A stretch of 64,000 nucleotides of DNA from Trypanosoma brucei. Taxonomy: Eukaryota. Every line of letters starts with the position of its first letter. Positions within the stretch are counted from its first letter, which is position 1. Below the pieces are notes generated by a model. That model saw nothing but the letters and a program-made list of their open reading frames with translations, did not search any database and was not told the DNA's origin. Shown piece by piece: positions 1 to 10,288 of the stretch. The stretch spans positions 320,001 to 384,000 of the forward strand of contig AL929603.2 in NCBI GenBank assembly GCA_000002445.1, given 5' to 3'. The position numbers and the translations under genes are program-made.

Positions 1-12
1 CCGGAACTACAC

Positions 13-1248
13 ATGGAGGTGGACGGCACATCGGTTTCCTGCATTGCAGCACCATTTGGAGAAGAGTACGTTCCATCAAGTAAGGAACGCTTTGCGCACC
101 GTGGACACGTGGGGGACCTGAGCAGGCAACGTACTTCGGACCGAAAGTACCTTTTGGATGCCCGGTCGCACCTGAATATCCGTAAGGAGCGGCAACTAAG
201 TGAATTACTGTCCGCCCCCATGCCACTTTTGCAGAAATCAAATGAAATCCAGCAGATGCTTCTGTCGGATTTCTACCCTCAAAATCTTGTTGTGTCATCT
301 CGCAACGTAGAGGCCGTCATTGCCCTATGGGCGCAGTGTAGCCTTGAACAGTGCATCGCTGGGCTCAACAGTCAACGACCAGAGAATCTTTTAGCCCCGT
401 CAGCTGACACAACTTGTCATGAAGTGGACGCAGTGGATAGTGTGCCGTTTCTCAACCATATGAAGCGATTGTATTTTCATTCCAGACAAACCCACGTGGC
501 ACCAACTCCCCTTGTTCTGGAGTATGTGATGACAGCATTAGGCAACGTGACCACTGCAGACAGTCGCGTTTTTCACCTAGCCAACCGGCTCCTGTTGGAT
601 GCGGACAAGTACGTTATATTACCGACGCGTACCACCTACGCCGCGTTCTTCACTATATGCTCGCTCCATAACGCAATGCCGTTTGCGCTTTCCCGCTTCA
701 AGGATGCGGTTGTTAATCTCCACGTAGCTGTTGACGCTACTATGGCGTCGGCAATACTTGAGGGGTTGGTACAAAATGGCTTGGTGGAGGAAGCAGTGCT
801 CTTATTAGCTCGGCTTCAACACGTTCCGATGGACGTACAACTGTTAAACACGGCACTCGAAGTGCTTTTGCTGTCAAAACAGCCACAATCCTGCTTTTCT
901 GCGTTTGAAGCTGTTAGACACTCTGGGGTAGAGCCCACAGCAGACACTTATACTCTGCTTTTGCTAGCGTGCGAGCGCTCCGGCCTCTGGGGGAATACAA
1001 CCGCAATTCTTGCTGACATGCAAATGCGTCGCGTAAAGGGGGATGGGAGGACACTGAACCTGCTACTCAAGGGCCTTCTCACCGAACGCCTCCATGGTTA
1101 TTCGAGGCAGTTATATGAGACGATGGTAAACAAAAATGTGGAGGTATGGCCAGCGTTGGAGTCTCACATGAAGTCACGAACAGCTGGGGGCGAACAATTA
1201 AAACGTGGTTCAACTATTAAAACCTCGAAGTCAAGTCAGCCGTCGTAG
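13..1248 (+). CDS. Pentatricopeptide-repeat (PPR)-like protein, probably mitochondrial RNA-binding. The frame is open to the window edge, so the N-terminus may be truncated.
   Basis: 411-aa ORF with degenerate ~35-aa helical repeats (e.g. TYTLLLLACERSGLWGNTTAILADMQMRRV, LNTALEVLLLSKQPQSCFSAFEAVRHSG) typical of PPR proteins. ATG at 13. In-frame codons 1-12 contain no stop. Confidence 0.45.
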   Translation: MEVDGTSVSCIAAPFGEEYVPSSKERFAHRGHVGDLSRQRTSDRKYLLDARSHLNIRKERQLSELLSAPMPLLQKSNEIQQMLLSDFYPQNLVVSSRNVEAVIALWAQCSLEQCIAGLNSQRPENLLAPSADTTCHEVDAVDSVPFLNHMKRLYFHSRQTHVAPTPLVLEYVMTALGNVTTADSRVFHLANRLLLDADKYVILPTRTTYAAFFTICSLHNAMPFALSRFKDAVVNLHVAVDATMASAILEGLVQNGLVEEAVLLLARLQHVPMDVQLLNTALEVLLLSKQPQSCFSAFEAVRHSGVEPTADTYTLLLLACERSGLWGNTTAILADMQMRRVKGDGRTLNLLLKGLLTERLHGYSRQLYETMVNKNVEVWPALESHMKSRTAGGEQLKRGSTIKTSKSSQPS

Positions 1249-1439
1249 CGTCATGGTTACGTTGTGGAGTTGTCTACGTTGGTTGGTGTACGTGTGTCTG
1301 TGTTTGTGTTAGTAACATGCAAAAGGACGTAGTTCCCTCATCCAACCGTCATGCTGGTGAAACTGGGCGGTTGTTTGGGTTTGTTAAATGAGACAGTTAA
1401 TCCCCTTAAAGTACTGTTGCGTTGCTGATTCCATCTATC

Positions 1440-1560
1440 GTGTGTGTTTTGTTTCCTTGTGTTTTAGTCCATCTCCTAATTTTCATTGTTCTCCCCTGTT
1501 CCCCCCGTTTTTTCTCCTTCTTGCTACCAAATACCGTGTGCGCGTTTGCTCCCGACATGG
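1440..1560 (+). promoter_or_regulatory. Polypyrimidine tract, a probable trans-splice acceptor region for the first zinc-ribbon gene
   Basis: gtgtgttttgtttccttgtgttttagtccatctcctaattttcattgttctcccctgttccccccgttttttctccttcttgc. This is why I reject the 1388 start. Confidence 0.4.
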
Positions 1561-1624
1561 CTTTCATTTTTGGGTTGTCTTCAACCGAAGGAGGACTAGT
1601 ATATTCGACCCTCAAGCGCGCAGC

Positions 1625-1873
1625 ATGCTTTCGTATACAGTGAAGGAGGAAGTAAAGGATGAAAAGCTCCCCGGAGCTAACAACTTCGCTGACGTCGGAG
1701 GATCATTGGAGGATGAGGAACCCATGACGCTGTACACGTGCGCGAATTGCACGCGCGTTGTAGCATTATGCCCGTCCTCCCAACTCATGTGTACGCATTG
1801 CGTTCATCGTACGGGTTCCTCTACAGTGTTCTACAAGGTTCGCCAGCAACCCACAACATATGACACTATTTGA
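1625..1873 (+). CDS. Small zinc-ribbon protein, RNA polymerase subunit ABC10alpha/Rpb12-like (CxxC...CxxC followed by a basic YK.R tail)
   Basis: The C-terminus reads YTCANCTRVVALCPSSQLMCTHCVHRTGSSTVFYKVRQ, a CxxC-x12-CxxC ribbon. The polyY tract at 1440-1560 lies inside the longer track ORF from 1388, so I start at the internal ATG 1625, giving an 82-aa protein. Confidence 0.4.
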   Translation: MLSYTVKEEVKDEKLPGANNFADVGGSLEDEEPMTLYTCANCTRVVALCPSSQLMCTHCVHRTGSSTVFYKVRQQPTTYDTI

Positions 1874-2219
1874 TAACACAAAGCCATTTAGGAGATGGTG
1901 CCCTTCCGGCTGACGCCTACATTGCCTCGGTTGTGGCGGCCCCCTGTTGTGCGAGTACGGAAGAGGTGACTGAATTGATTCTCTTTCGCGCACTCCTCCG
2001 CGACGAACGCCATCAGTTGCGCACATACACACACACATACACAATTCTCTATGCCAAATTTCTGTCTGTGTGTACTGATTCTTTTGTTGAATATGTCAGT
2101 AAATTTTTACTATTTTGTTTCTTTCTCAGCCACGTTTATGTCCGTGCCCCTTTATTTTATTTATTTTATACTCCATGCATTCCAGCGTTTGCCCTCACAA
2201 TAGTTTCACCGTTGCAACT

Positions 2220-2444
2220 ATGATGAACAGGCCGCCGCCCCAGCAGGCGATGCGGTCAGCAGCAACCAAAGATGTTGTGCCCCAACCCCAGTGCGTCTGC
2301 GCAAGTTGCTTCTCACCGCTTCCGTTACCTCGTCCCGACGCAACAGGAACACCGTTTCAATGCCCCCAATGCCGAATGGCTGGTATAGATATGAAAGTGC
2401 TTTACACCCGTCGTGCGTTCCCAACAGAGCATAGTACAAACTGA
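2220..2444 (+). CDS. Second small zinc-ribbon protein, ABC10alpha/Rpb12-like, sitting in tandem with the 1625-1873 gene
   Basis: 75 aa. The segment QCVCASCFSPLPLPRPDATGTPFQCPQCRMAGIDMKVLYTRRAF shows CxxC-x18-CxxC followed by K..Y.RR. Its N-terminus (VVPQPQ) resembles the Q/P-rich N-terminus of metazoan RPABC4. A polyY tract and AG lie immediately upstream at 2100-2215. Confidence 0.4.
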   Translation: MMNRPPPQQAMRSAATKDVVPQPQCVCASCFSPLPLPRPDATGTPFQCPQCRMAGIDMKVLYTRRAFPTEHSTN

Positions 2445-3196
2445 AGGGCGGGTGTTAAGCCCCATTCTGGGATGTTATTTTTTCTTGTACCACATTTACG
2501 GTAAGGGTGCAAGAGTGGGAGCTGACAGAGGGCAGTGGATTACGGTTCGAGGGAGGGGAAAGTATATGAAAGTTGGGTGTGCTCTCGCTTTTGTAGGCAT
2601 GTATGTTTTACTCATACTGGAAACGTATCCGTCCCCGAGCTATTCTTTTTTGGCTTCCGCATCTTTAGCAACCCGTGTGCTCAAGGAGGGCGATGAGAGG
2701 TGCTCATATCTTCAACAGTTTTACCTTGTGTCCGTGGTGGCTTATCGTGCCAAATTCATTTTCTTGCATTCCTTATCTGGAGCGCTCAGCAGCCCGTCTG
2801 TACGTGATCTGGGCACACTCCTGTTTATTCTTGTGTTATCGTGTGAAGTCAGAGATAGATTGCAAAGCACTACAGCCTGTTAAGCGACAAAACGGGGTGT
2901 GTTACCGGTTTCTTCTTCTTACTACTAAAACATATTTTTCCTTTTTAAAATTTTCAAGTATTAACCGAAAGTCAGTTGGGTGTGGGCCGTTAGGGTGTGC
3001 CTCTGTAAATTTGTTTATAGTTCAGCGGAGGAGGTCTCTCCACGCACAAACCAGTGCGTGTTTAGGAGGTGGTGGTGGGAGGTTGAGGGATTTTTGTGTG
3101 TTGCCACTACGCAAACACAAGCGGCCAAATAAGGTGTAAATTCGGTTGCCGTCCTCGTTAGCGTACGTCTTGTGTTGACATTGAGGTCGCAGCACC

Positions 3197-4486
3197 ATGT
3201 TCGTGCGGTCTTTCTGTTTCCTGCGTAAATATGGCAGCAAGTCAAAGACACCGGACCTCAAGACAAGTTTCACCAAAACCACTAACTTCCGAAAGGCGGA
3301 GAAAATTAGTATCACCACAACAGATGGGGAAATAGTAAAGGGCCGCGGTAAGATACGGCGGCGCACCCACAGCGCACTAAAAGAAGCCATTGGGGCCATG
3401 GAGCACCCCGCGATTTGGCTCTGGTACCCGTGGCGTATGAATCCTGAACCCCCGACACCGCACATGCCCCAACGCCGTGCCCTGAAAAACGTTCATGGCG
3501 CGGTATTTAACGATCTAACACCCGTACAGAAGAAACGGCAGGAGCAGATGTTGTATGGCGTTAACATACCGGAGACGCGACAAATGAAGTTTGAGGAGCA
3601 ACATCCGCTGCTTGCTGGAGCGCTGCGGAAGCTTGAGGGTCAGCCGAAGGGTTTCCCGTTTTGGTACAGAAAGTATCCGACACGTCGTCACGCCTACGAG
3701 TACCGTTTTAGCATTCCTGTGGAGATGTTAGACGGGTACAACGATGACGTAAAAAAGGCTCTCTCAAAAGGTATGATGTCGATTCAGGAAAAACAGTTCG
3801 CTCAAGAAGCCATGTACATGGAGCGTTACGCCGAACACGACTTCGATACCACAAGCCCGGCGGTGCTAGCGGTTAAACGCGCGCTTAAGTGCCGTGTGCT
3901 ACGAAACCACCTTCTGACCAATCCGCACAATAACATTATCAAGACAGTGTTGGCGAACACGGAGCGGAAACTTAACCACGCCCTGCGCAGACTGCGTAAG
4001 GTAGATTTTAAGAAGTACTGGGAAATCATTCGTGACCACGATGTGCAGGATATACTTCAGCCTCCCAACCTCGTCACATACCGTCAGGGATCGTACTGGA
4101 AATATGACTGGAATGCAGGCTTGGCAATATCAACAAATCTTGCGGATGTGATGGATCCTCGTGGTTTAAATGGTTGCGTTGAAACGGGCCGATCCCGCTC
4201 GGAGGTCGCGCGTGATCTCGGCCTCTCATATACTCGGCCTCTGCATGAGAATGAGAAGAAACAGTTGTCTCACCAAGCCGTCTACTATGAGCGGCTGGCT
4301 AAATTTAAAATGGAGCAACCCGAAGCGGCACGGGCGATGGAGCGTGAGCGGTTCGTGCGGAAATTCTCCGGCATGTTTGTGAAGATGGACATTCGTTCGG
4401 GAGCACCAGACTTCCCAAGCACATATCGTAGGTTACTTGGAACAAAGGTGGTGCGATGGGCGTCTAAGCGACACGGCCCCAATTAG
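3197..4486 (+). CDS. Conserved hypothetical protein, basic, possibly organellar
   Basis: Clean 429-aa ORF starting at ATG 3197 with coding-like composition. No family recognised from the sequence. Confidence 0.45.
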   Translation: MFVRSFCFLRKYGSKSKTPDLKTSFTKTTNFRKAEKISITTTDGEIVKGRGKIRRRTHSALKEAIGAMEHPAIWLWYPWRMNPEPPTPHMPQRRALKNVHGAVFNDLTPVQKKRQEQMLYGVNIPETRQMKFEEQHPLLAGALRKLEGQPKGFPFWYRKYPTRRHAYEYRFSIPVEMLDGYNDDVKKALSKGMMSIQEKQFAQEAMYMERYAEHDFDTTSPAVLAVKRALKCRVLRNHLLTNPHNNIIKTVLANTERKLNHALRRLRKVDFKKYWEIIRDHDVQDILQPPNLVTYRQGSYWKYDWNAGLAISTNLADVMDPRGLNGCVETGRSRSEVARDLGLSYTRPLHENEKKQLSHQAVYYERLAKFKMEQPEAARAMERERFVRKFSGMFVKMDIRSGAPDFPSTYRRLLGTKVVRWASKRHGPN

Positions 4487-5553
4487 TCGCACACACACGC
4501 GTACGTTTCGGCTTAAGTGTTGGATAAGGCATTTTAACTCAATCATGTTTGTTCGCCTTCTATTGGTGGTGCGTGGACATGCGTTTGTCATAGACCAACA
4601 CAGTGGTTTTGGCTGAGGCATATTGTTTTCTCCGTCTTGAACCTTTGTCTGCTTGGGCTTGAGTTCTAATCACTTCGCTTTTTTTTTTACATTTATAATT
4701 TTGTAGCGTTTCTCTTTTAAAATATGAGACTTCTTTGTTACCACTCTTTGTGCAGCATCGATGGTTCCTAAACAAACAACAACGTTACGGGTACGACATA
4801 GCAGTTTTTTTTCTTTATTGATGATTATCTTCTCGCTAATGGTGGTGAAAATAAAAAGGAATGCGAAGGTTTAGATTGGCTCTACTGTGTTTGATGCATA
4901 TGCGGCAGTAAATGGCGTGGTCGTGGAAGTGGATATATATTTGAGGCTGCGATTTCGTTTTGCAACGATGGCAACATTAATTGGGTATATTTGATGAGGT
5001 GAGCCAAACTGCCCGCGCAACCGTCATTTTGCCGTAATGCTGTGAAAGTTGTGCGTTTTCATTGGTTGTTTTACCCATTGTGTGTAATACGGAGGAAAGG
5101 GAAATTGAGTAGGTGGTTGTGCAGTGGTAATATTGAGTGTATGTTATTTGATGTTGATTGTGATCGTCGCGGGCATACGTCGGATGCTAAGTTGCGTTTA
5201 TTCACCTGTTGAAATCCCATAATTCCAGCTGACAGGCTCTGTTGAAACATATTAATAATGCTTGCTTATTTTCCACTCTTATACTGTCTTTTTTTTTTTA
5301 CATTTTGTGCTGTACTTCATTTGTTGGTGAAATTTACCGTCTATATTTTCAAAAAAAAGAAGGGGAGAAAAGGGGAGATCATTGGGTCGCTGGTTTATTA
5401 CTGTCTGCGACCATTTCGCACATCCGTATCCACGGTATTGTCAACCCCTCCCGCTTCGGTGATTTTATTATAGTTACTCCATTTTTATCGTCACTGAAGC
5501 TCCTTCTGTTTTTAACATATATAAACGGGGCGAGTTCGTGTTCGTATTAAACG

Positions 5554-5988
5554 ATGGGTTACACACGGGAGCGTACTAATCGCCATTTTTTTGTAGCGCG
5601 GGCCAACGCCTTCTTTTCACGGCTTCCCATCGCCCGCGTCCAACGTTCCCTTGCGATGGAGGCCGTACGTGAAGGGCGTATGCGACCGTGGAAATATACG
5701 AAGGAACAAATATTGGGTGCACCAGTGACATGCAATTTTGAGTATAACCCGCGTCCAGTGCGGCTTATCGGAACGGTGATGGACGCCCACACGGAGGAGA
5801 CGAGTATTAAAGGCGGCTTGAAGGTGTACGCACGAAATGAGGAAACGAACATGATGTTGTGGATACCACCTGGGAATCCTAAGCTACGTCATGAGGTGAC
5901 ATCTACAAAAGGAAGCTTTCAGCATTACCTCGATGAACGTGATAAGTGGGATGAGGCGTGGATTACGGGGCGTGCAAGAATGAAGTAA
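5554..5988 (+). CDS. Hypothetical protein, 144 aa, with an Arg-rich N-terminus that could be a mitochondrial presequence
   Basis: ORF with ATG at 5554. An upstream pyrimidine-rich tract is present. No recognisable domain. Confidence 0.35.
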   Translation: MGYTRERTNRHFFVARANAFFSRLPIARVQRSLAMEAVREGRMRPWKYTKEQILGAPVTCNFEYNPRPVRLIGTVMDAHTEETSIKGGLKVYARNEETNMMLWIPPGNPKLRHEVTSTKGSFQHYLDERDKWDEAWITGRARMK

Positions 5989-6711
5989 ATGTATGAGGTG
6001 GCGTCCATGTGTTGTTTTATCCTTCACACGTTACAGTTTTTGACATGTCGTTTGGGTGGCGTGGGCGGGAGGCCCCAGTTACTTTTTTTTTTTTGCATGT
6101 TTGGTTCGTTGGTACCTTTTGTTGTTTGTTTGCCAGCTTATGGTGCAATTACATCAGTTGTGTCACTGAAAAAAAAAAGGTGTGATACGGCTGCTGCTGC
6201 TGCTGCACTTTTGCCTTTTTGGTGGACGTTTGTTTCCCTCCTCCTTGCACATGGTTTGTGATACTTCACCCGAACGGTGCGTCTACGCGATTAACCCCGG
6301 TCCATTTAAAGCAGCGTGAGGAAGTGTATGCGAGACGTAAAAGCTTGAAGTATAACCGAAAAGTGTATTTAAAATAAACAAAAAAAAATATAATAAGACC
6401 GGTTATCGGTTATTCCCCTTTTGCTTTTTTTTGGGGGGGGAGGGGGGAGAGGGGGAGTAACTATTAAACTTTTTGTTTACTTCCCCTTTTCTATTGCCTT
6501 GGAAGGACAGACTGTAGAGCGCGTTTGAGGGGGGTGGTCGAAACCGACTTGAGGTCGACGGGCTGGAGTCACTGTTATTAATTCCCCAGCGCTGAGTGTA
6601 CAGGGGCATTCACACGCGTCTGTAGCAATACATATCCAGATAAACGGGAATAAATACAATAAATAAGTATACATAATACTGTATTGAGAAGTTAGTCACC
6701 ATTTTGACAAG

Positions 6712-7395
6712 ATGCCGGCCACTGAGATGCAACAGATGGAAATGGATATGGTGCAAGGCATGTATGATTCCTTCACTCTTTGCAGTGAAGACCCTCCAAC
6801 ATATTCGGTCGTTCTCTCAGCTACGGAAGATGAGCCGCCGGAGTTACGCGTCACTGTTGTATACGAGTCTGATGACTATCCCGAAACAATGGCACCGACT
6901 GTACGGCTGGAACATTTCGCCAAAAATCGTCGTATGCCCACTGCTCCACTTTTAAAGGAAATAATGGAACTCTGTGAAGAGCAGATAGGTATGCATAGTA
7001 TTATCTCTGTACTTCAAAAAGCCCAAGAGTATTTGACAGAGTTTGCAGAGGGAGATGAAAAGGCAGAGTTGCAAAAAAGGGGCGAGGCGCTTGGAAACGC
7101 AGCCGGTACCGCGGTTGTTCAGGACCCGACCATTCGAATTGGTAACGCCGTTACACGCGAGCTCTTCGAGGAATGGAGTCAAAAACGCAGAGCCGAGAGA
7201 TTGCGGGAGCGTGAAGCTAATGAAAAGAAAGTTAGTGGAAAGCTGACAGGTAGACAGTTGTGGGATGCGGCGCTTAGGAACACGGAGTGGGACCTGTTTT
7301 GTGGCTCGGATACCGAACAAGATGTTGATTTGGACGCTTTTGAACCGGTAGATGAAGACGACTTGGACGAGCAGGAGTTTGATTTGGATGAATGA
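6712..7395 (+). CDS. RWD-domain protein with a C-terminal DFRP/acidic tail, i.e. an RWDD1/Gir2-like DRG-family regulatory protein
   Basis: N-terminal EMDMVQGMYDSF...DPPTYSVVL...LRVTVVYESDDYPETMAPTVRLE matches the RWD signature (Y/F...PP.Y...L.V.YP...P). The C-terminus carries a DFRP-like block ending DEDDLDEQEFDLDE. Confidence 0.6.
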   Translation: MPATEMQQMEMDMVQGMYDSFTLCSEDPPTYSVVLSATEDEPPELRVTVVYESDDYPETMAPTVRLEHFAKNRRMPTAPLLKEIMELCEEQIGMHSIISVLQKAQEYLTEFAEGDEKAELQKRGEALGNAAGTAVVQDPTIRIGNAVTRELFEEWSQKRRAERLREREANEKKVSGKLTGRQLWDAALRNTEWDLFCGSDTEQDVDLDAFEPVDEDDLDEQEFDLDE

Positions 7396-7662
7396 GATTG
7401 CAGGAGGGAGGGCGAGTTTGTGGTGCAGGTAAATACTGGTGGGGAGATGAGAATAATGATCATATCCGCGTGGTTACATTTTTAAAAATTTAGAAACTTA
7501 ATTCCTGAATGGGCTTCTGAAATGAACATGCTGTGAGCATGTTTTTTTTTTTTTGCTCAGTCTAAGTGATCTCATTTAGTCCTTTTTTAAAAAATTTTTA
7601 CTTCTGTTTTTGTTTTGCGTGATAGCCGTATTTTCATCCTTGCTTTGCGGTGGGAGCCGTTT

Positions 7663-9105
7663 ATGCGAGGCATTACATTGGCGCTGGCGCCACCATCTCT
7701 TTTATTTGTCCCGAAAATTCAGCGGCGGTGCTTCAACGTCATACAACGTGGTAACGATCGCGAGGTGGATTCGCTTTTTGCACTGCTGGGCTTTGCTGGT
7801 GACAATGAGGCGCATCGCATACGCCGGACCCGTGCGGAACTGCGGCAGGGGTTTATGCGTGAAGCAATGAAGCTGAAAGACCCTCAAAATGACAAGAGCG
7901 ACGCAGCCAAACTGGAAAAACTTAGAGAGGCGTATCAGTTGCTTTCCAATGATCGCTTTCGTGTGCAATACGCTGCGCATCACTACGCCTCTCCAGATGC
8001 CTCACTTCATCTTCTTGTGGACGGCGGCCAGGTTGCCGCTAACTTTAACCCTGAACATCAGTCGTTTAACTTTGTTGATCACGCCATCTCAAGAGCCGCT
8101 ATGAGCCCCTCTTCCCGGTCATCGTCGGATAAACAGCGATCCTTCAGTGACTTTACTGGTCAGTATAATTCAGTGATAGGTAACACCGGTTGCTCAACCG
8201 ACGCTCGTCCATATAACGCTCCTGAAGCCCGAGCCGCCATAAATGGTGCGGGTATTAATTTTATGTTGCGCATCTCATTCGATGAAAGTGTTCTCGGCTG
8301 TACCAAGACGGCTGTCTATGAAAAAAATGTTTCATGCCAGCGGTGTAGTGGTAATGGGCGAATGGTGCTCAAACGCCCTCGGAAATGCCCACAGTGTCGT
8401 GGTCGCGGCTCCACGCACCTTCCAAGCGCCACGTATCATATTGAGCGCTCATGCACGTATTGTAATGGCGACGGAGTGACACCTCCTCCGAAGTGTAGCG
8501 GGTGCCGAGGAGCCGGTGTTGTGCCCGGGCACACGGTTCAGGTTCCAGTTGATATCCGCCCCGGAACCACAAATATGACAGCGTGTCGCCTTCGTGGTAT
8601 GGGACATGATGGTGTGCGTGGCGGTGTGGCAGGTGATCTTATTGTGACTGTGTTAGTTCAGGAACACCGCGTCTTTCACCGTGATGGTCTAGACCTACAC
8701 ATGGTGCTGCCCATTACTTTATCTACGGCATTATTGGGTGGTATGGTGTCTGTGCCTCTGCTTCACGGGCCTTTTTGCACACGGGTGCCACCATGTGTAA
8801 GAAATGGGCAACAAATAAGGCTTAGTGGAAGGGGTGTTACACTCGACGGTAGCGGAGTCCTCACCAATGCTGAAGAGGGGATTGATACGGACAGTTCAGC
8901 TTCTAAACAGGAGCAACAGCAACGTGGTGATCTCTACATACATTTACTTGTCGTTATTCCTAAGGGTGAGGAATTAACTGGGGCGCAGAGGAGCGCTCTC
9001 GAACAATTTGTTGTTGAACAGGATGGCAATGGTGCTGAAGGTGTGGATGATATCACACCAACTGCCCTGAAGAGGCGGTTTCGGCACTGGCTGCCGGGTA
9101 CGTAA
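7663..9105 (+). CDS. DnaJ-type (type I-like) co-chaperone homologue with four CxxCxGxG zinc-finger repeats and a degenerate J domain (HPD replaced by DPQ)
   Basis: Four repeats are present: CQRCSGNG, CPQCRGRG, CTYCNGDG and CSGCRGAG. The J-like helix pattern is ...EAMKLKDPQND...LREAYQLLSND. The track ORF begins at a TTG at 7615; the first ATG is 7663. Confidence 0.6.
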   Translation: MRGITLALAPPSLLFVPKIQRRCFNVIQRGNDREVDSLFALLGFAGDNEAHRIRRTRAELRQGFMREAMKLKDPQNDKSDAAKLEKLREAYQLLSNDRFRVQYAAHHYASPDASLHLLVDGGQVAANFNPEHQSFNFVDHAISRAAMSPSSRSSSDKQRSFSDFTGQYNSVIGNTGCSTDARPYNAPEARAAINGAGINFMLRISFDESVLGCTKTAVYEKNVSCQRCSGNGRMVLKRPRKCPQCRGRGSTHLPSATYHIERSCTYCNGDGVTPPPKCSGCRGAGVVPGHTVQVPVDIRPGTTNMTACRLRGMGHDGVRGGVAGDLIVTVLVQEHRVFHRDGLDLHMVLPITLSTALLGGMVSVPLLHGPFCTRVPPCVRNGQQIRLSGRGVTLDGSGVLTNAEEGIDTDSSASKQEQQQRGDLYIHLLVVIPKGEELTGAQRSALEQFVVEQDGNGAEGVDDITPTALKRRFRHWLPGT

Positions 9106-10080
9106 GGGATGGGATTGTGGTATGGAGCAGCTGCCAATACGATTTCATATGAGATGTGCCATGGCCCTACCGTGAGCTCATAGTTGAATGCGGGTGCAGC
9201 GCCCTCATTTTATTACGCGTTCACACATATGAAAGTTCAATCGAATAACGGTGACAGAACACACACATATATGTATATATATATGTGTGTGTGTGTGTTT
9301 GTGTTTGTGTCTGTTTTTTTTCTTTTTGTATAGGGTCAACATAAAATGTTTTCCCCTTTCCTTTCTCTGTGAAGTTTCTGTTCACCCCCCTCCTCTAATC
9401 CTCATCGTCTTTGTGCTTGCACTCGAAGCAGTTGCAGCTGCACGTACTTTTAGTCCTTCTTTCCCTTATTAATCTTCCCCGCTGTCTTTACCGCATTGGA
9501 TGATTGGTAGGTAATGAAAACAGAGGTAAGCTTGCAAGCGAGAAAAATACAAGATTAAAAACCTGGTATTTGGTACCACGATTGAAATTGTAGGGAGAAT
9601 AAAACAAAAAAAATAAATACATGATGTACCGGTTCTACAACGAAGACATATCATTTTGGATATGCGGAACTCAGATCTCTGTGTTGGCACAATTGTCTTT
9701 TGCTATGAGAGTGAAGGGCGCGTTGAGTGGGAAGCCATGCCGAATTTAGTGCGAGGCCATCCTAATTAAGGTACCCGAGAGCGCGGTGAGTTGTGTTACT
9801 TTCCGTATTGGAGTACAGTTGTGTATACTGTTTGATTCTATTCGCTTTGGTATCTAGCACAGCCGGTGGCTAGGACGAAAGTTGCTCGAGGAAAAGTGCT
9901 TGCTTTTACGCTGTCTTTCGTATTTGCTGCCCTTTTCTCTGGCTTTGAACTGTCAGGATTTTTTTAAAAAAAGAATGCTTCCCCCCCTTTTTTTTTTGCT
10001 ACAGAGCCAAAAAAGAAAAAAACCACAAAAAACCGCTAAAGGGGGCCAGCATCACAGCTTCGTTGTGCTGAAGGTTGTTG

Positions 10081-10165
10081 CGTGTTCTTTCTTTTGTCTG
10101 TATGTTTTCTTTTTCCATTCTTGCTCATAGTTCTTGCATCCCCTCTTTTTTTTTTTTTGGTTGTT
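10081..10165 (+). promoter_or_regulatory. Polypyrimidine tract plus AG, a probable trans-splice acceptor region for the CTP synthase mRNA
   Basis: A C/T-rich run ending ...cccctctttttttttttttggttgttgttgcg, followed by AG dinucleotides, about 120-200 nt upstream of ATG 10289. This is the kinetoplastid processing architecture. Confidence 0.4.
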
Positions 10166-10288
10166 GTTGCGTTGGCATCCGTTTGTTATCCTCAAAATAC
10201 TGACGCAAACACGCTGACGGCCAATAACAGACACGCCGAAACATCACTCGGTTGAGTTAAAACGGTAGACGAGGAGGGTGGGGGACGT

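Noticed and set aside
1388-1873. 161-aa ORF beginning at ATG 1388 with a hydrophobic Cys/Phe-rich N-terminal half
   Set aside because: Its first ~240 nt are a polypyrimidine tract (a trans-splice acceptor region) translated as poly-F/L/S/C. Only the C-terminal 82 aa from ATG 1625 look protein-like (zinc ribbon).
2413-3139. Overlapping ORFs 2413-2883 and 2675-3139 (154-156 aa)
   Set aside because: They overlap each other and the upstream zinc-ribbon gene in different frames. The peptides are hydrophobic and low-complexity with no motif, so they are probably part of the 3'UTR/spacer before the 3197 gene.
7610-7680. Track ORF starts at 7615, 19467, 22969 and 47763
   Set aside because: These first codons are TTG or other non-ATG. 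Kinetoplastid nuclear genes initiate at ATG, so starts were moved to the first in-frame ATG (7663, 19557, 22978, 47865).
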